A DNA stretch of 63,319 nt, counting the filler, from Octopus bimaculoides (lineage: Eukaryota): the NCBI RefSeq assembly GCF_001194135.2. It is 6 parts of 4 records of this genome, joined end to end, with 100 filler letters (N's around TTAATTAATTAA, not from the genome) between each part and the next. Parts side by side here need not be neighbours in the genome. Positions count along the whole stretch, not along the records: positions 61,008 to 63,319 come from NC_068993.1; 5 more parts are not named here. One strand, given 5' to 3'. Positions 62,540 through 63,319 of this stretch are shown one piece after another. A program made the position numbers and the translations under genes. The first letter of the stretch is position 1; each line of letters opens with the position of its first letter. Below the pieces are notes generated by a model that had not been told where the DNA came from, ran no database searches, and worked only from the letters and a program-made list of their open reading frames with translations.

Positions 62540-63125
62540 CTGTCATGTAGATGTGTGTGTGTGTGTACGTATACGTATATGTATGTGCACATGTATATAG
62601 GTAAATGGATATGAATGTAAACTGATAGATATACAGACGGATAGATACATAGGTAGTATGAACAGACAAGCACACATAGACACATACACAAATGAAGACT
62701 AAAAAACGTGATCACACACACTTCACTTCTCACAAGGATACATATGGAGATACACATCCATACATGCAGACACAGTACATAGTCACAAAAACCCATACAC
62801 AGACACACTCAGACATGTACACACAAGGAGACAGGGGTACACACATACATACATGAAAACACACACACACACATAAAAACACAGAAACACGAACACACAA
62901 ACACATGAATATGCAGAATACATACATACAAACGTACAGACATACATATATATATACATACGCACACACACACACATACATGTATACACACACTTACATG
63001 CATGCATACATATATACATACATATATACATGCATACATACATACATACATACATACATACATACATACATACATACATGTGTAAGCGCACACACACTGA
63101 CCCACACACATGCGCACACACAAAC
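62540..63125. repeat. Degenerate (CA)/(TA)/(CATA)n microsatellite field
   Basis: Read directly from the sequence. Confidence 0.95.
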
Positions 63126-63286
63126 AAAAAGAACGCAGCTCGGATAACGGACAGAGTCAACGACTATTGAAAAGGTTGCAAGACGCAACGAAAATTTTAG
63201 GAAAAATAAATAAGTAAATGAGTGGAAACTTTACCGGTGAGTGTGTTAAATAATAAGGCACTAAAAGAGGATGACTTTCCCCAGAT

Positions 63287-63319
<33 letters not shown>

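Overview
AT-rich, microsatellite-laden animal genomic DNA from a gapped draft assembly (N runs; 100-bp gaps carrying a TTAATTAATTAA spacer). The repeat content points to an octopus: four tRNA-headed SINE families resembling the octopus OK/OR-type and CORE/V/Nin-domain SINEs. Most of the window is intron or intergenic sequence filled with decayed mobile elements: a near-intact mariner nested in an R4/Dong-like LINE, Tc1, maT, Merlin, hAT MITEs, foldback MITEs, RTE/CR1/HERO LINE pieces, two Penelope-like remnants and an ORF1-only (half-L1-like) retroelement. Two host genes are visible. (i) A minus-strand kelch-repeat gene built of short exons that the ORF track misses (best exon 42134-42234, with a phase-compatible chain from about 47.8 to 40.2 kb). 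(ii) A plus-strand gene with a 44-bp exon and a 1243-bp exon encoding an acidic, probably disordered region with about 22 Cys-containing 8-aa repeats. The most intriguing signal is a tRNA-headed SINE-like element whose 3' part carries a Penelope-type minimal hammerhead ribozyme motif. One copy also has an inverted copy of its own 3' end at its 5' end, suggesting a SINE mobilised by Penelope-like machinery. Also notable: a TIR element enclosing an inverted telomeric-repeat palindrome, and inverted LINE copies flanking the repeat exon. All family assignments come from motif recognition by eye, not from database searches.
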